A stretch of DNA of 55,383 bases, filler included, from Basidioascus undulatus (taxonomy: Eukaryota), in NCBI GenBank assembly GCA_000826855.1. It is 4 parts of 4 records of this genome, joined end to end, with 100 filler letters (N's around TTAATTAATTAA, not from the genome) between each part and the next. Parts side by side here need not be neighbours in the genome. Positions count along the whole stretch, not along the records: positions 13,006 to 25,910 come from JTLS01000864.1; positions 26,011 to 42,389 come from JTLS01000865.1; 2 more parts are not named here. One strand, 5' to 3'. A program made the translations under genes and the position numbers. The notes beneath the pieces were generated by a model. It saw only the letters and a program-made list of their open reading frames with translations. It ran no database searches and was not told the origin of the DNA. Shown piece by piece: positions 14,989 through 27,875 of this stretch. Positions within the stretch are counted from its first letter, which is position 1; every line of letters starts with the position of its first letter.

Positions 14989-16047
14989 ATGCAGCCCCGT
15001 GTTCTCCTCGCTCTCGCGCTCCTTCTCGCGTCCTGCGACCCTCTCCGGTCCCGGTCCTCTCGGGCACCAATGGCGTCTCGGCCAACGTCGCCGCTGGCGT
15101 CAACTTCAACCTCGCCATCTCGGTTGGGAACTTTGCGAACCTCAAACATTGCCCTGGTGAGCTTCACCGTCCTCTTACGAGCGTTCGGGCATCATTATCA
15201 TGCGACACTGTGGGATGTGCAGACAGTCGGGCCTGTCGAAGCTCCCTGCCAGCTGCAACGCTCAACAAGGACCTTGCCACGAAGGCGCAGACCTTCCTGA
15301 CCCAGGTTCAGGCTGACATCGTATGTCCTTTGGCGTCTTCCTCACCTCAAATTTGCCCTTACAAACACCATTCGGGGCGCTCAGGTCGCTTCGGCAGCCT
15401 CAAGCCGTCGAACATCACCCCCGACGCTCTCACTGGCTTCGTTGCCGATATTGAGAAGGAGTTCAACGCTGCATTCGGACAGGCCGCCGCGACCAACGCG
15501 ACGCTCAAAAAGTTCCTTGACGACCTGGTGCGCCCCTCTTTCTCTGCAATGTTTGCGTTGGTCGAATGCTCATGCTGTTTCTCGATCACCGTTCACAGAA
15601 GGCTCGCCTTGCTGCCCTCTCAGGCCAGCCCGTCCAGTTTGCTTCCCTCGTCGCCAACCTCCTGGGCGTAGCTCAGCAGGCTGCGTCGTCTGTCGTTGCG
15701 ACCCTGCCGACTGCCGTGCCTGTTGTCGGCAAGAACGGCCTGAACCGCAATAGCCTGCTCGGCAACCTGTAAGCCTACTGTCGACCTACTTATCAACTTG
15801 AATGATATTGACCCGATGCCTTAACTAGCCCCGTCGTCGGCACCGGCGCTGCTTCCAAGACCACCGGCCTGCCCGCCATCGCGGTCCTGCCCACCCTTGC
15901 CGTCCTCAACGACGTCCTTCCCCGCCCGAACGTCCTGCCGAACAACGTCCTCGACACGGTGACGACCTCTGTCAACAACCTCGTCACAGCCCTCCAACGG
16001 GCTCGTCGGCAAACATCCTCAACTGTGTCCTCGGCGCGAAGGACTAA
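14989..16047 (+). CDS. Putative secreted Ala/Val/Leu/Asn-rich protein of unknown family (about 5 exons, several apparent 1-nt indels)
   Basis: Signal-peptide-like MQPRVLLALALLLAS; exons GTNGVSANVAAGVNFNLAISVGNFANLKHCP, ATLNKDLATKAQTFLTQVQADI, GFVADIEKEFNAAF, SLVANLLGVAQQAASS and NILNCVLGAKD*, with C-ending codon bias and GT-AG introns. Confidence 0.6.
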
Positions 16048-16463
16048 GGACGGGCTGCCCCGGCGATTGACAAGACAACGGACTTTATTTGTTCTCCTTG
16101 CTTTTGGGCTCGCATAACACTCGTTACTGCTACATTCGTTTCACTGGGGTTTCTGGCGAAGAAGGGTGTTGTACCGCTGCAAATTCATCACACTCTTTCA
16201 CAATTACTTATCTGTCTGGCTTGTGTGAACAATGAGAACTATGATTTAGGAGTGGTTGAAAACTCCTGTTGAAATCGGTTTGTTCTGTGCGGCTGGGCCA
16301 TGGCGTGGTGTGATCCCAAGCGGTCAAGTGTCATGGTACCTTGTGGTACCGCATGGGCATTGCACGAACATGTAAGCAGAGTCTGAAAGGGAAATGGACA
16401 TAGGGAAAAAACTCCTGGGAAGTATATATTGCCTCATATGGCACCAGTGAAACCAGGAGGCGT

Positions 16464-17876
16464 ATTCTAAAGGGTTAGAAACCTTTGGAAACCTGGAAAC
16501 CAAACGACGCTCAGGGGGAGTTTAGAAAGCTTTCCGACGCTTTACGCACATGTCCGCCCTTTTTCTGGACTTGATCTGGAATTTTTCAACTTGGGCAGCA
16601 GGATGCGTAACTTCCAAGCCAGGTATTCGAAAGCTGTGGATAGTGTCGCGAATCCTTTCCAAAGCAAGCACAGCCTTTGGAAGTTTTGGGGGAATGTGTA
16701 CACTGAATCTCGATAGTACGGTTCCGGTAGCCTACTGGCTCTTTGTACACCACAAATGCACATTCTTCGTTCAAATTAATGCATCAGAACATGTACTAAA
16801 GGTGTCAAAGCACCGTTGCGCCACACAATCTCCACTCCGAATCTGGCTCAACAATTTCATCCACGACAAACATTCCGTCTCAGGTGGCAACCTGTGCAAC
16901 CACTTCGGAACCAGTCCTGTTTGAGCTAGGAATTACAGCGCTCAATCTTAAAGGTAAGGGGTTACGTGGCCTTCAAAATGGATGCAGAAGCAGGAAGTCA
17001 GTTCAACTGGTCACCCTTGAAGCTCATACCAGCCCGTCCATGAGGGATGCACTTACCCACTCTTCACCACTGTGTCTCAACCATGTCAATGTGACTTCCA
17101 GGACGCAAGTACCCTCATCCTCATCCTCGCTTTGTCTCTATAGTTTGAGTGCGCACTTTCGTGAAGGGCCGCCACACTCGGCTCTTATCAGCAACGTCTA
17201 CAGTGTGGCCGGTTGGGGCTGACGCAGAATAGGAAGAGGTGGACTTGAGCAGCGGCGATCTTTGGAGTCTAATGATGAAGGGAACACGAGGCGAGCGGGA
17301 AGAGTCATATATACGCAGCAGCTGCGGATGAAACATTGAGATGACGTTGATACGGGCATTCTCCACCGGCGCTGCCTACCAGTACACACGAATAGCCGGA
17401 AATATGAGAGTTTGTCTTATGTGCATGCAAGTCTAAAATCAAAGCAAGTATCAGTAAACGCACAAGGGCTGGCAGACCCGGTGGCGCGATGGCCTTCCCC
17501 CTCACGCTCGCAATTCATTTGCACCGCTACTTGAATGGATTGTGCATTTAGTGACCGCAAGGAGACTACACTTATACCTTGGGCAAATCCATTACTGTAG
17601 ATTGTATGATTGCCTGGATGAGATCTGCCGCCAGACTATCGAGCATCCCTCTCACTGCGCTCTGAATATTTGAACGTATGTGGGCCCCCCACGCTCATTC
17701 GCAAGCTGACAAGTATCGCATGGATAAGAAAGCAGAGAACAAGTTTACAACCCTTTAGAATCCACCAGCAGATCTTTCAAAAGGTTTAGAAAGGTTCGAC
17801 CTAAAGAAATGAATGCATAGGAAACCTTTCAAAAGTTACGACAGGTTTCTAAACCCGGAACGCTTTCTAAACTCCC
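16464..17876. mobile_element. Candidate degenerate DNA-transposon relic bounded by inverted repeats
   Basis: GGGAGTTTAGAAAGCTTTCCG (16516-16536) is the 20/21 reverse complement of CGGAACGCTTTCTAAACTCCC (17856-17876). ATTCTAAAGGGTT (16464-16476) is the exact reverse complement of 17749-17761. The interior is lower-GC and stop-riddled; no clean target-site duplication seen. Confidence 0.45.
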
Positions 17877-18319
17877 ACCTAGAAATGGGAGCTAGCGACC
17901 ACAGTGGAAATCGGAGAGTAGATGCGACTTCTTGAGTGGAGATACACCTAAGAGGCGGAAACTTGACAGACCTTGTCCTTTTCTTTCAGCGTAAAGTCTG
18001 CTTCTCGGCATATTTTTCCACTGCAAATTCCTTTGAGTCGAGCATGCTGGCACGCCGGCGCTCGCCTAAACTCGCTGATGCTAACAGATCAGAGGACAGA
18101 GCACGCCATTGCGTCCAAGGATTAGTCTATTGGCGGTGCGTGGTGGAAGAGCGGTGAAACAGGTTATCCGTGGCGGAGAAGCGGGTCGAAGCACACCAGA
18201 CGATTCAGGAAGTTCAATTCGGTCGGTGCAGAACGTTCCCTTTCCTTGTTCGTCTCTTCTTCGACATCCATTGCCTCCATAACGCCCATTCCACCGCTCG
18301 CCCATCGACTCCATAAACC

Positions 18320-19225
18320 ATGTCTCTGGGCCGCACTTTGACCTTGTGTCTCTCTACTCATCTACACTATATCTGTACGGCTGCTAACGAAGCTTAACTG
18401 ACAGTAACGACGGTCTGAAGCTCCCCGTTGTTGGACTCGGCACCTTGGCCGCGCAGTCTGCACCTGGTGAGGTACAGGCTGCTGTTGGGCATGCCCTCAA
18501 ATTGGCTGTAGGCATATGGATACCGGATAATCTATGGAAGCCAAGAGGAGGTGCATGTGTCTGGGCTGTATGAGGAGATCCTACTTCACTAAAGAAAGAT
18601 ATCGGCGATAGATCGGCAGGGCGCTGAAGGCGGTTTCTGTTCCCCGGGAGGAGATCTTCATATGAGCGAGCTCTGTAGGTTTCTGCGTACTTTTCTTGGC
18701 ATTGGACATATTGGCGTTGACTCCAGCTTTCCGACCCAGGGAACAACTCTCACCGTCCAGAGCTCATCGAGGCCGATCTTGACCTGACGCTGCAACAGCG
18801 GTGTTTGACATACTTGGATTTATACGTGACGAGTAACATCCGCCCCTTTGCTCAGATGCCATTTTGAAATCTGAAGCTGTTGCCCTTTGCAGATCCACTT
18901 AATCAACCTTAACGAAACACTGCTCTGTCGTTACCCGAGAAGCTGACTTCGGTACAGGCCCGTGCTCTTCCAGCCGGGCAAGACCTTGTCCCCCACAACA
19001 GCTGACGGCAAAGAGGCCATCATCGACGACGAAGCTCCCTCTATTGTGGAGACGTGGAAGTCTCTTGCCGACGGGCATGGTCAAGTCCATTGGCGTACGT
19101 TCAATCTTTTCCACCTTGCCAGGCGGGTGCACTGAAACGCAATATCATCCTCTACATAGGTCTCCAACTTCACGGTCGAGCACTTGGAGAAGATAATTTC
19201 AGCCACGTGCTTTATTCCGGGCCCA
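18320..19225 (+). pseudogene. Aldo-keto reductase pseudogene (3'-truncated, frameshifted)
   Basis: Fragments MSLGRTLTL, GLKLPVVGLGT, VPREEIFI, WNNSHRPELIEADLDLTLQQ..LTYLDLY, SIVETWKSL, VKSIG/VSNFTVEHLEKII in collinear order with indels; C-terminal half not found. Confidence 0.85.
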
Positions 19226-19935
19226 TCCCGGCCTTCAGCAGCCGGAGCTCGAGGCCAGGGTGGACATTGACAGTTTGTGACGGGGCAGGAGAAGGGTGCA
19301 AGCCGGAAAGTGTGGTAGTGGTTGTTGAAAGCAACATCCCAGCGACGACTCGTAACTGCTATGGGTATATCTGCAGCGTGTACACTGTAAATTAAATCAT
19401 GAAATGCCTTTCCGAAAGAACTTGACATTGAGGTACATGATAGCTGGCTAGTCAGAGGGTTACCTCACTTTGCCCGATCTGTCGGGCACTGACCCTCCAT
19501 GTGCTTCGGTGAAGCCGCTTTGACGGGTGCATTCTCAAACATCAGTACAGTTCTGTAGTTTTATAGACCCTATTTGATAGATAGGAAGTGTTTGCGAGGA
19601 GAAATGAGGAACCCGGCAGCATGCCCACCCACAATGAAACGGCTCAATTCATGCTTGCTCGTGTGACAGGCGTGGCTGTACAAGCCTCTTCTAATTCAGA
19701 TCTCATTCGTATTGGACACATTCGATCTCGTACAGAGACCTTGTTAGTTGTGATGTTTGCATATATCGCTTTCGGAACGGGCTGCGCGTGTCATCTGTGG
19801 CAGCAGTGGCCACGCTGGACAGACCTCAGTAGTTGAATCGCCACCACATTAATTGATGTTGCGACGACAGTGCAGTGATATAGGTGTTTATACCGCAATG
19901 TTCTCTGTTCCGTGTTCCGTGACGGAAATGCCGCC

Positions 19936-20297
19936 ATGACCGCGTCCGCCCGCCCGAGGCCCGCCTTCCCTCCTTCTCCCCCAACCGACCTTCATCCAAC
20001 TCTTCCATCTCACCCCCAAAGGGCAGAGCGGGATGCCTCAGAAGTACGGCAGTATCTCTCGCATTCAAGGCCTGTGGGAGATATGTCGAACGGCGGCACA
20101 GGCGGATGGGCCGAAGCATCGCGTTTCCGGTCGGTGCGAGCAGGGTGCGTATTGTGACGATTCTCCCTCTTTACCATTTTCTTCGGAAGCTTGTGTCATC
20201 TGACACACACTCCATTATTGTTTTGACATCTCACACAGTCTCGTACTGCTCGACGGACTGTCAGCGCGCCGACTACCCACATCACAATCTGCTCTAG
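19936..20297 (+). pseudogene. Degenerate MYND-type zinc-finger gene fragment
   Basis: FKACGR...VSYCSTDCQRADYPHHNLL* matches MYND (C..C...YCS..CQ..DW..HK..C) with a TAG where the last Cys is expected; degraded coding-like sequence may extend to ~21230. Confidence 0.55.
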
Positions 20298-21579
20298 CAC
20301 GCCGCGCTCTTCTCGCGATCGCCAGGCGTCGCGCTCCTCAAAGCGCTTCAGGTTTGGGCCTCGAACAAAGGCAGATACTAATGGATGGCGGTATTTGGTG
20401 CTGCTCTCCGACTTATGTCGATGGTTCCTGCGGGAACGTTTGCTCCTGCGTTCCGAGCGACCAGGAACCGGCGCCTGACTGATCGTTCTGGCAGACCCGC
20501 CTAAGTAAAGCTATGGGTGAATGGTCTTCTGATTCCTGAAGTTTTGATTGACTGGTCGAGTATCGTGACGCTGCTGGATGTTGCCGCACAGAATATGAGC
20601 AAATTCGTTACGCGGCTGCGAAATGTGACCTCTAGATCTCCTCTCCGCTGCTCCCGGTGTCCGGCAATAACTTCTTGCGACCTTTATCAGTAGGCTTAGG
20701 TGATGAAACTAAATAGGGGGCATTAGGTGCTGCATTAAAGCTGGCGGGAAAGGAGGTATCGGACAGGTGAAGTGGGACTGCCTCAGAGTCGAATTGCGAC
20801 CTCTTCTTACCTGATGTTGCGGTAATCATGAAGTTGCAAGATATGAAATTTGCCTCAGTGCACATTGAAATACCTAGCATTTGATGGATTTTTGCAAGTC
20901 TCTTCTGGACTCAGAACTGCCAGCGCAGATTGGACTGATTGACTGCACACCGGTGTTTCCCTTCGTTCCCAACTTCTTGATCTCCAGGAGTCTGCAAAGT
21001 ACGGTAACAAAAGACCTGGAGCATTCAGGATTCCAAGGCTCATATACCTATTGCTCTTGGGGTGAAGAAGACTTGTGTAAGACAGCCTTCCAGGATGAAA
21101 TTTTTCACTTCGCCAGCAGCACACGAAGACGATCCGCCGCCACGATTTTCGCCCCCTTTCTCGTCGCATTTCCAGCACTGTCTGGACCTCGACTTACTTT
21201 GATCTTCACTACTCTGCCGACGAAGGCAAAGTGAAGGCCACGATCCAGAGCTCCGGCTCCGACTCGTCCTCCTTAAGGAGACCGACGAAGAATCTGCCGA
21301 CGCTGTTATCAACTGCAGATGATCGATGGATGAGGAACGCGTCAATCTGGACGGACTCCGCGGAGTGCAGCAGGCAGGACTTTCCATGTCCGAAAAGTGC
21401 AGCGAAATCATCGGCCATGGCCGGACCTGCGCTTCACACGCGCATGTCTGAGCGACGCGGCGCTGTCCTCGGCCGCCAGACTGCCGCCGTCGCCTTCGTC
21501 GCTCACCTGGCGCTGCTCCTCTTTCTTCGCTCTCCACGTCCCGCCCTCGTCCTCCTCGCAGTCCCGCCGCCTTATCAAC

Positions 21580-23336
<1,757 letters not shown>

Positions 23337-23757
23337 ACGCCTTTAGGCTGGAATCTCGCTGGGTGATCGGAAACTGTGGAGACGGGCTGGGTGATGAGGA
23401 TCGAAGGCGCTAGGGCGGGACGTCTTTTAAGCAAAAGGGGTCTGGGGACGAAGAAGCTGGGGGCGAGGGACGACGCTGCTTGCTGGATGGACGGCAGCAG
23501 CTGGACAGCTCGCCCCGCTTTCGGGTTTCCTCTCCCCTCTTCCCTTTCGCAACATCTGTTTGTGTAGCATTTTTTCTCCATCTTCCGCTGCGTTTCGGAG
23601 ACGCTCGGACTGTTCTTTCCCTGCTGTTCTTTTCCGCTCTTTCTTGCATAGATCACGCCCTTTACGACATGCTTTGCGTGTGTGTGCCTGCGCAATCTGC
23701 TCGACCGATGCATCGTGGAAACTGCTTTGCTGTACCTTCCTAAACCGTTCAAAACGT

Positions 23758-24908
23758 TCAGCCCCGCCCGACCCAGGACGGCATGTTGGTCGCCAAGATG
23801 GTCTGGTTCAGAATGTTGACGCCCAGTGGCAGTCCGGCCATCTGGAACGGCACTCCGTCAGCGTTTTGAAGACGTGCCGACTCCGCTTTGCGACGCACGT
23901 AGACCACTGCGTCTGCAACGTATTGTACGTCGAATACCGGCTCAGGCTTGATCGACCCGTCGGCTTGCGGCACGCCCCCTGCCATGCGCCCGCCCATGGA
24001 CGTGTCGGCGTTGCCTGTCTCGCATCGGTAGCGTCAGCATCCGGAAAGGCGCTAGATGCATGATAGAACAACAGCGACGCACCGATGTCGAGCTGGCTCA
24101 CTGCGATGTTGTACTTCCGGCCGTCGAGGGAGGACGCTTTCGTCAGGCCTGAGATGGCGTGCTTCGAAGCTGTGTAGGGCGACGAATCTGCGCATCGCCA
24201 GAGCGAGGTTCAGAATGCGTATTCCTTGGAACCACTGGAAGGGGAAGAATTCGTACTCGGCCTAGGGGTGTATGCGGATATGCTCCCATTGTTGATGATA
24301 CTGCGGTATCGCTGCATTCAGTTCCATGCGCAAAAGCTGTAAAGAAGGATGAAGACAGAGCAGCTTACCGTCCGCCCTGCGGCTCTTGAGCCTTCATGAT
24401 CCGGAACGCATACTGCGTGCAAATGAACGGCGCAGTGAGGTTGATGTCGATCACGCTGCGGAACTGCCCAGGCGTGAGGTCCTCCAGCGGGATGCCGGGG
24501 GCGTTGGCACCCGCATTCTGTAACTCCTCAGGTCAACCCTCTCTTATCAGTGCCTTACAAAAGACCAGGACGAACATTGAAAAGCAAATCCAAGCGTCCT
24601 GGGTGTGTACAGTAATGAGCACGCCTTCGACCGCGCAGAACACGAAGGACTGAACACTCACCGAATTTGTCCACCACGGCATCAAACACCCTCTTCACGT
24701 CCTCCTCCTTGGTCAAATCCCCATCAACCGCTAAGCTCTCAACACCCGGTGCGAGCAGGCTTTGCGTCTCTTCGAGCTGCGCCTTGCGACGGCCAGTGAG
24801 GACGACCGTCCAGCCGGCGCGCGAGAGGGCGACGGCGCTCGTGCGGCCGATGCCGGACGAGCTGCCGGTTATGAGCGCTACTTTGCGGGTGTGGTGGGAA
24901 GACGACAT
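23758..24908 (-). CDS. Classical short-chain dehydrogenase/reductase (SDR), multi-exon
   Basis: [12 protein letters not shown] (TGxxxGxG), [26 protein letters not shown] (YxxxK), SQLDIG, C-terminus [11 protein letters not shown]. Confidence 0.92.
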
Positions 24909-25148
24909 GGGCGATGTTCAGGGTATGAGACGGTGAAGAAGGAAAGGTTGGGAGGAGGAAGCGAAGGGGCAACGACTGCTCTGCTCAGCGGCTTTTCGGC
25001 CCGCTTCGTCGGCCCGGGAGTCGTCGTCAACCGCAATGCAATCGTAAACTACACGTGACCGTTCCTTGCTCAAACCTCGTTCAGAAGAAGGCACACCCAA
25101 GCAGTACAGCATGGCAAAGAATGCGCAGAGATGGCAATGGGAATCCGC

Positions 25149-25910
25149 TCAACCCTTCTCAGCCCGCCGCAACTCATCCCACAAGCTGACCCTGCGCCGC
25201 TCCCTCCAACCAGCATGCAGCAGATCCAGCTCGTCCTCGTCGTCCTCGGCCTTGACCCCCAAAGGCAGCTCCGGCGGCGAAGGCAGCGACGCGGGCGGGC
25301 TGGCGGCGGCGGGGACGAGGCGAACGGGGTCGTCGTTGTCGGAAGAGGAGGGTGATACAGTCGGTGCGCGGGATGGATGGGGGTGCTGGGGTTGGGAGGA
25401 GTATGGCGCGTGCGCGGAAGAGGACGAGGCGGTGCGGGACGTGGGCGGCGAGGGAAGGTGTGTAGGCGCTTTGGGCGCTAGGCGAAATGGAGGGACGCGA
25501 GGCGGAGAGGGTCGAGGAGGCCGGGTCTGCGCGCTGAACGACCCGGCCTTCCGACCGCCCATCGCCGTCGGTCGCGGCGGCTCTTCTCCAGCTCCTCGCC
25601 GCGGCTGCTCGCGCTCCCGCCTCTCCACGCCATGCCACGACTTCCGGCCCTTGGGTTTCCCACGCTCGCGCTCCTGCTCCTTCTCTGGTGCTCGTCCGTC
25701 CTCGGGCAGGCCCACTTTTCGGAGCCGCACACCCTTCATCTCTGCCAAGAAGCGCGCCATGTCCAGCCCTGCGGGCGCGGGCACGTAGCCCGACGGCGGG
25801 CGCTTGGGTCGTGGGGGAGTCGCCTTGAGAGAGGCTCGTACGGCGAGGTAGGGCGCGAAGGAGGATCGTGTGAATAACCGACATGGGACGACGGGCGGAG
25901 CCTACGAGGG
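25149..25910 (-). CDS. 3' part of a Pro/Ser/Arg-rich protein with a WH2-like motif (5' end lost in the gap)
   Basis: Open frame GYVPAPAGLDMARFLAEMKGVRLRKVG...low complexity...RRRVSLWDELRRAEKG*. Confidence 0.5.
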
Positions 25911-26010
25911 NNNNNNNNNNNNNNNNNNNNNNNNNNNNNNNNNNNNNNNNNNNNTTAATTAATTAANNNNNNNNNNNNNNNNNNNNNNNNNNNNNNNNNN
26001 NNNNNNNNNN
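25911..26010. other. Assembly gap with artificial six-frame stop linker
   Basis: 44 N + TTAATTAATTAA (25955-25966) + 44 N. Confidence 0.97.
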
Positions 26011-27212
26011 GCGACGGTGGGACCGCTGATCGCTGAGTACCAGTGGCCGCTGGATGGCACGGGATGCGTGGCGGGAGCGGGGGTCTTTTGAAAGAGTTTT
26101 GAGCTTTCTTATGATATGCGAAGAACGGGAATGGCGGGGCACGTTGAGCAAGGTTGACCAATAGATTAGGGTTGACGTCGTCGAAAGAGAGTTCGCGCAG
26201 ATGAGTATTATTCAGAAGAAGAAAGATGCGAGGCTCTTCCAAAGTAGGGTCGAGGTCAGGGCCTTCGAGGTGAAGCGCTCGCGAGCTTGGCACATGGAAA
26301 AGTTCGAGCGGGTACCACGTTTCAGATGATCCACAAACGATCCACGAGAACTGCTTGATGTTATGAAGTACAACCTGCTCGAGATGGACAGTTCAGTCCA
26401 TGAGCAGTGTATAGACAGCGATCGAAGGTTGAAGAGTCGGGGCAGGAGCAAGAGAGTGGCTGTGGCTTCGTTGGTGAACCGAGCGTGAAGATGACCAACG
26501 TGTCTGTGCAGCTGCGAATAAGCGCGATAAGTATGGCCAGTCCCATATCGCTGATGAATTTGTCGATGTTCACAATTCGCAGCACACGTAAGTCGAGTGA
26601 AAAGACCAAGGACGCTGGGCAAGCTCGTGTGGTCGAGCAAGACGAGAGGATCAGGATCGAGCTCGCCGGTGATCGGTAGCACCGGCCAATGACAGTCTGT
26701 ACGGTAGGCCCAAGTGAGACTCCTCGAGAAGTCTGATCGATGACAGTCCGAAAAAGGTGATTGATCTGAGCTGGACATTCAAGCAAGATTGTGCGATAGA
26801 GAACGGAGCGTGCGAGTACCTGTGAGGTTCGGAAACGAGTGAGCCGGGCTAGAGAAGCAAAGGGGGAGCCAATACGAACACTCCAGTGCTTGCACACGAG
26901 GACGAGAGCCATATTCGTCTTCAGTGCTGCGCGGAGAAGCTCGAGCTCCTCGGGGTCGCCGTGACGCAATCACTAGAAGGTAACGTCGCCCGCCCTGGCT
27001 TCGGTGGCCAGTTCGAAGATGTGCGACCACACATCGTCGGGCAGTGTCCGCAATGTTGCCGCCCAGGATGAGGTCTGATCAGCGGTGAGAGAGACAGAAG
27101 GAGAAGAGATCAAGAATGGAGAACGAAGGCAAGGCCAGCCCCTCGAAACTTCGGAGGAATTTGAGGGCGCTGGCCCAAGTTGTGCAGAGCGGGCGCCAAA
27201 AAAAGGAGGCAT
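26011..27212 (-). pseudogene. F-box-like / LRR-like pseudogene
   Basis: LRTLPDDVWSHIFELAT...F**LRHG...NMALVLVCKHWS/VLARSVLYRTILL with in-frame TAG TGA (26970-26975); later LPRLFNLRSLSI and NTHLRELSF lie in shifted frames. Confidence 0.7.
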
Positions 27213-27875
27213 CGCTCCGGCTGCGAAGAATTGATTTTCTCGACTAGTGCTGTTCCATACATGCGGATCGCTCCGGATCGCTCTCGACTCTTCGCGCATG
27301 TGCAAATCTCTGGGGTCGTTGGATGTCGAGTTCAATGCTATGGCGTCTGTCGGTCGACGTCTCTAAAGCGTACGCCAGAAACAGTCCGACTGCAGATCAT
27401 CGTCCAAGCACGCACACAGGCTGGAAAGCACAATCGTATTGCAGGCGTAGCCGAAAAGCTATGCAACTGGAAACTGGGTATAACGGACTCGGGACAGACC
27501 AGGAAAGTGAGCGGACGGGACACCAGGAGCCCGAGAATGAAAAGTAAGATGCGACGAAGTAGAGCCCTGAAACGGGTACATGGGGGATGAGCGGAAGGAC
27601 GGTAGTGCAAATGAAAGAAACAAAATGCTTGCGTTACGTTGCACACTAGCATGCGACTGCGAATGAAAGGTTGCAAAGCGGGAAGACTGAGCGAGGCAGA
27701 ACGGGACGGGACGAGACGGAGCGGAACAGAGGGGAAGGAACGACAGAGGTGGGGCTCATCAAGAGGTCCGAGAAAGAAAGAAGCGCCAGAGAGATGGACG
27801 ATACGAGAGAAGGGATGGAGAACGAGGTCGACAAAAAACAAGGGCGGGATCAAGGAAAGGAAGACGGAAGGTGGG

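Noticed and set aside
23758..24908. SDR as a recent horizontal transfer from bacteria (C-terminus resembles bacterial SDRs)
   Set aside because: Multiple ordinary spliceosomal introns and host-like composition; nothing here indicates recent transfer without a phylogeny.
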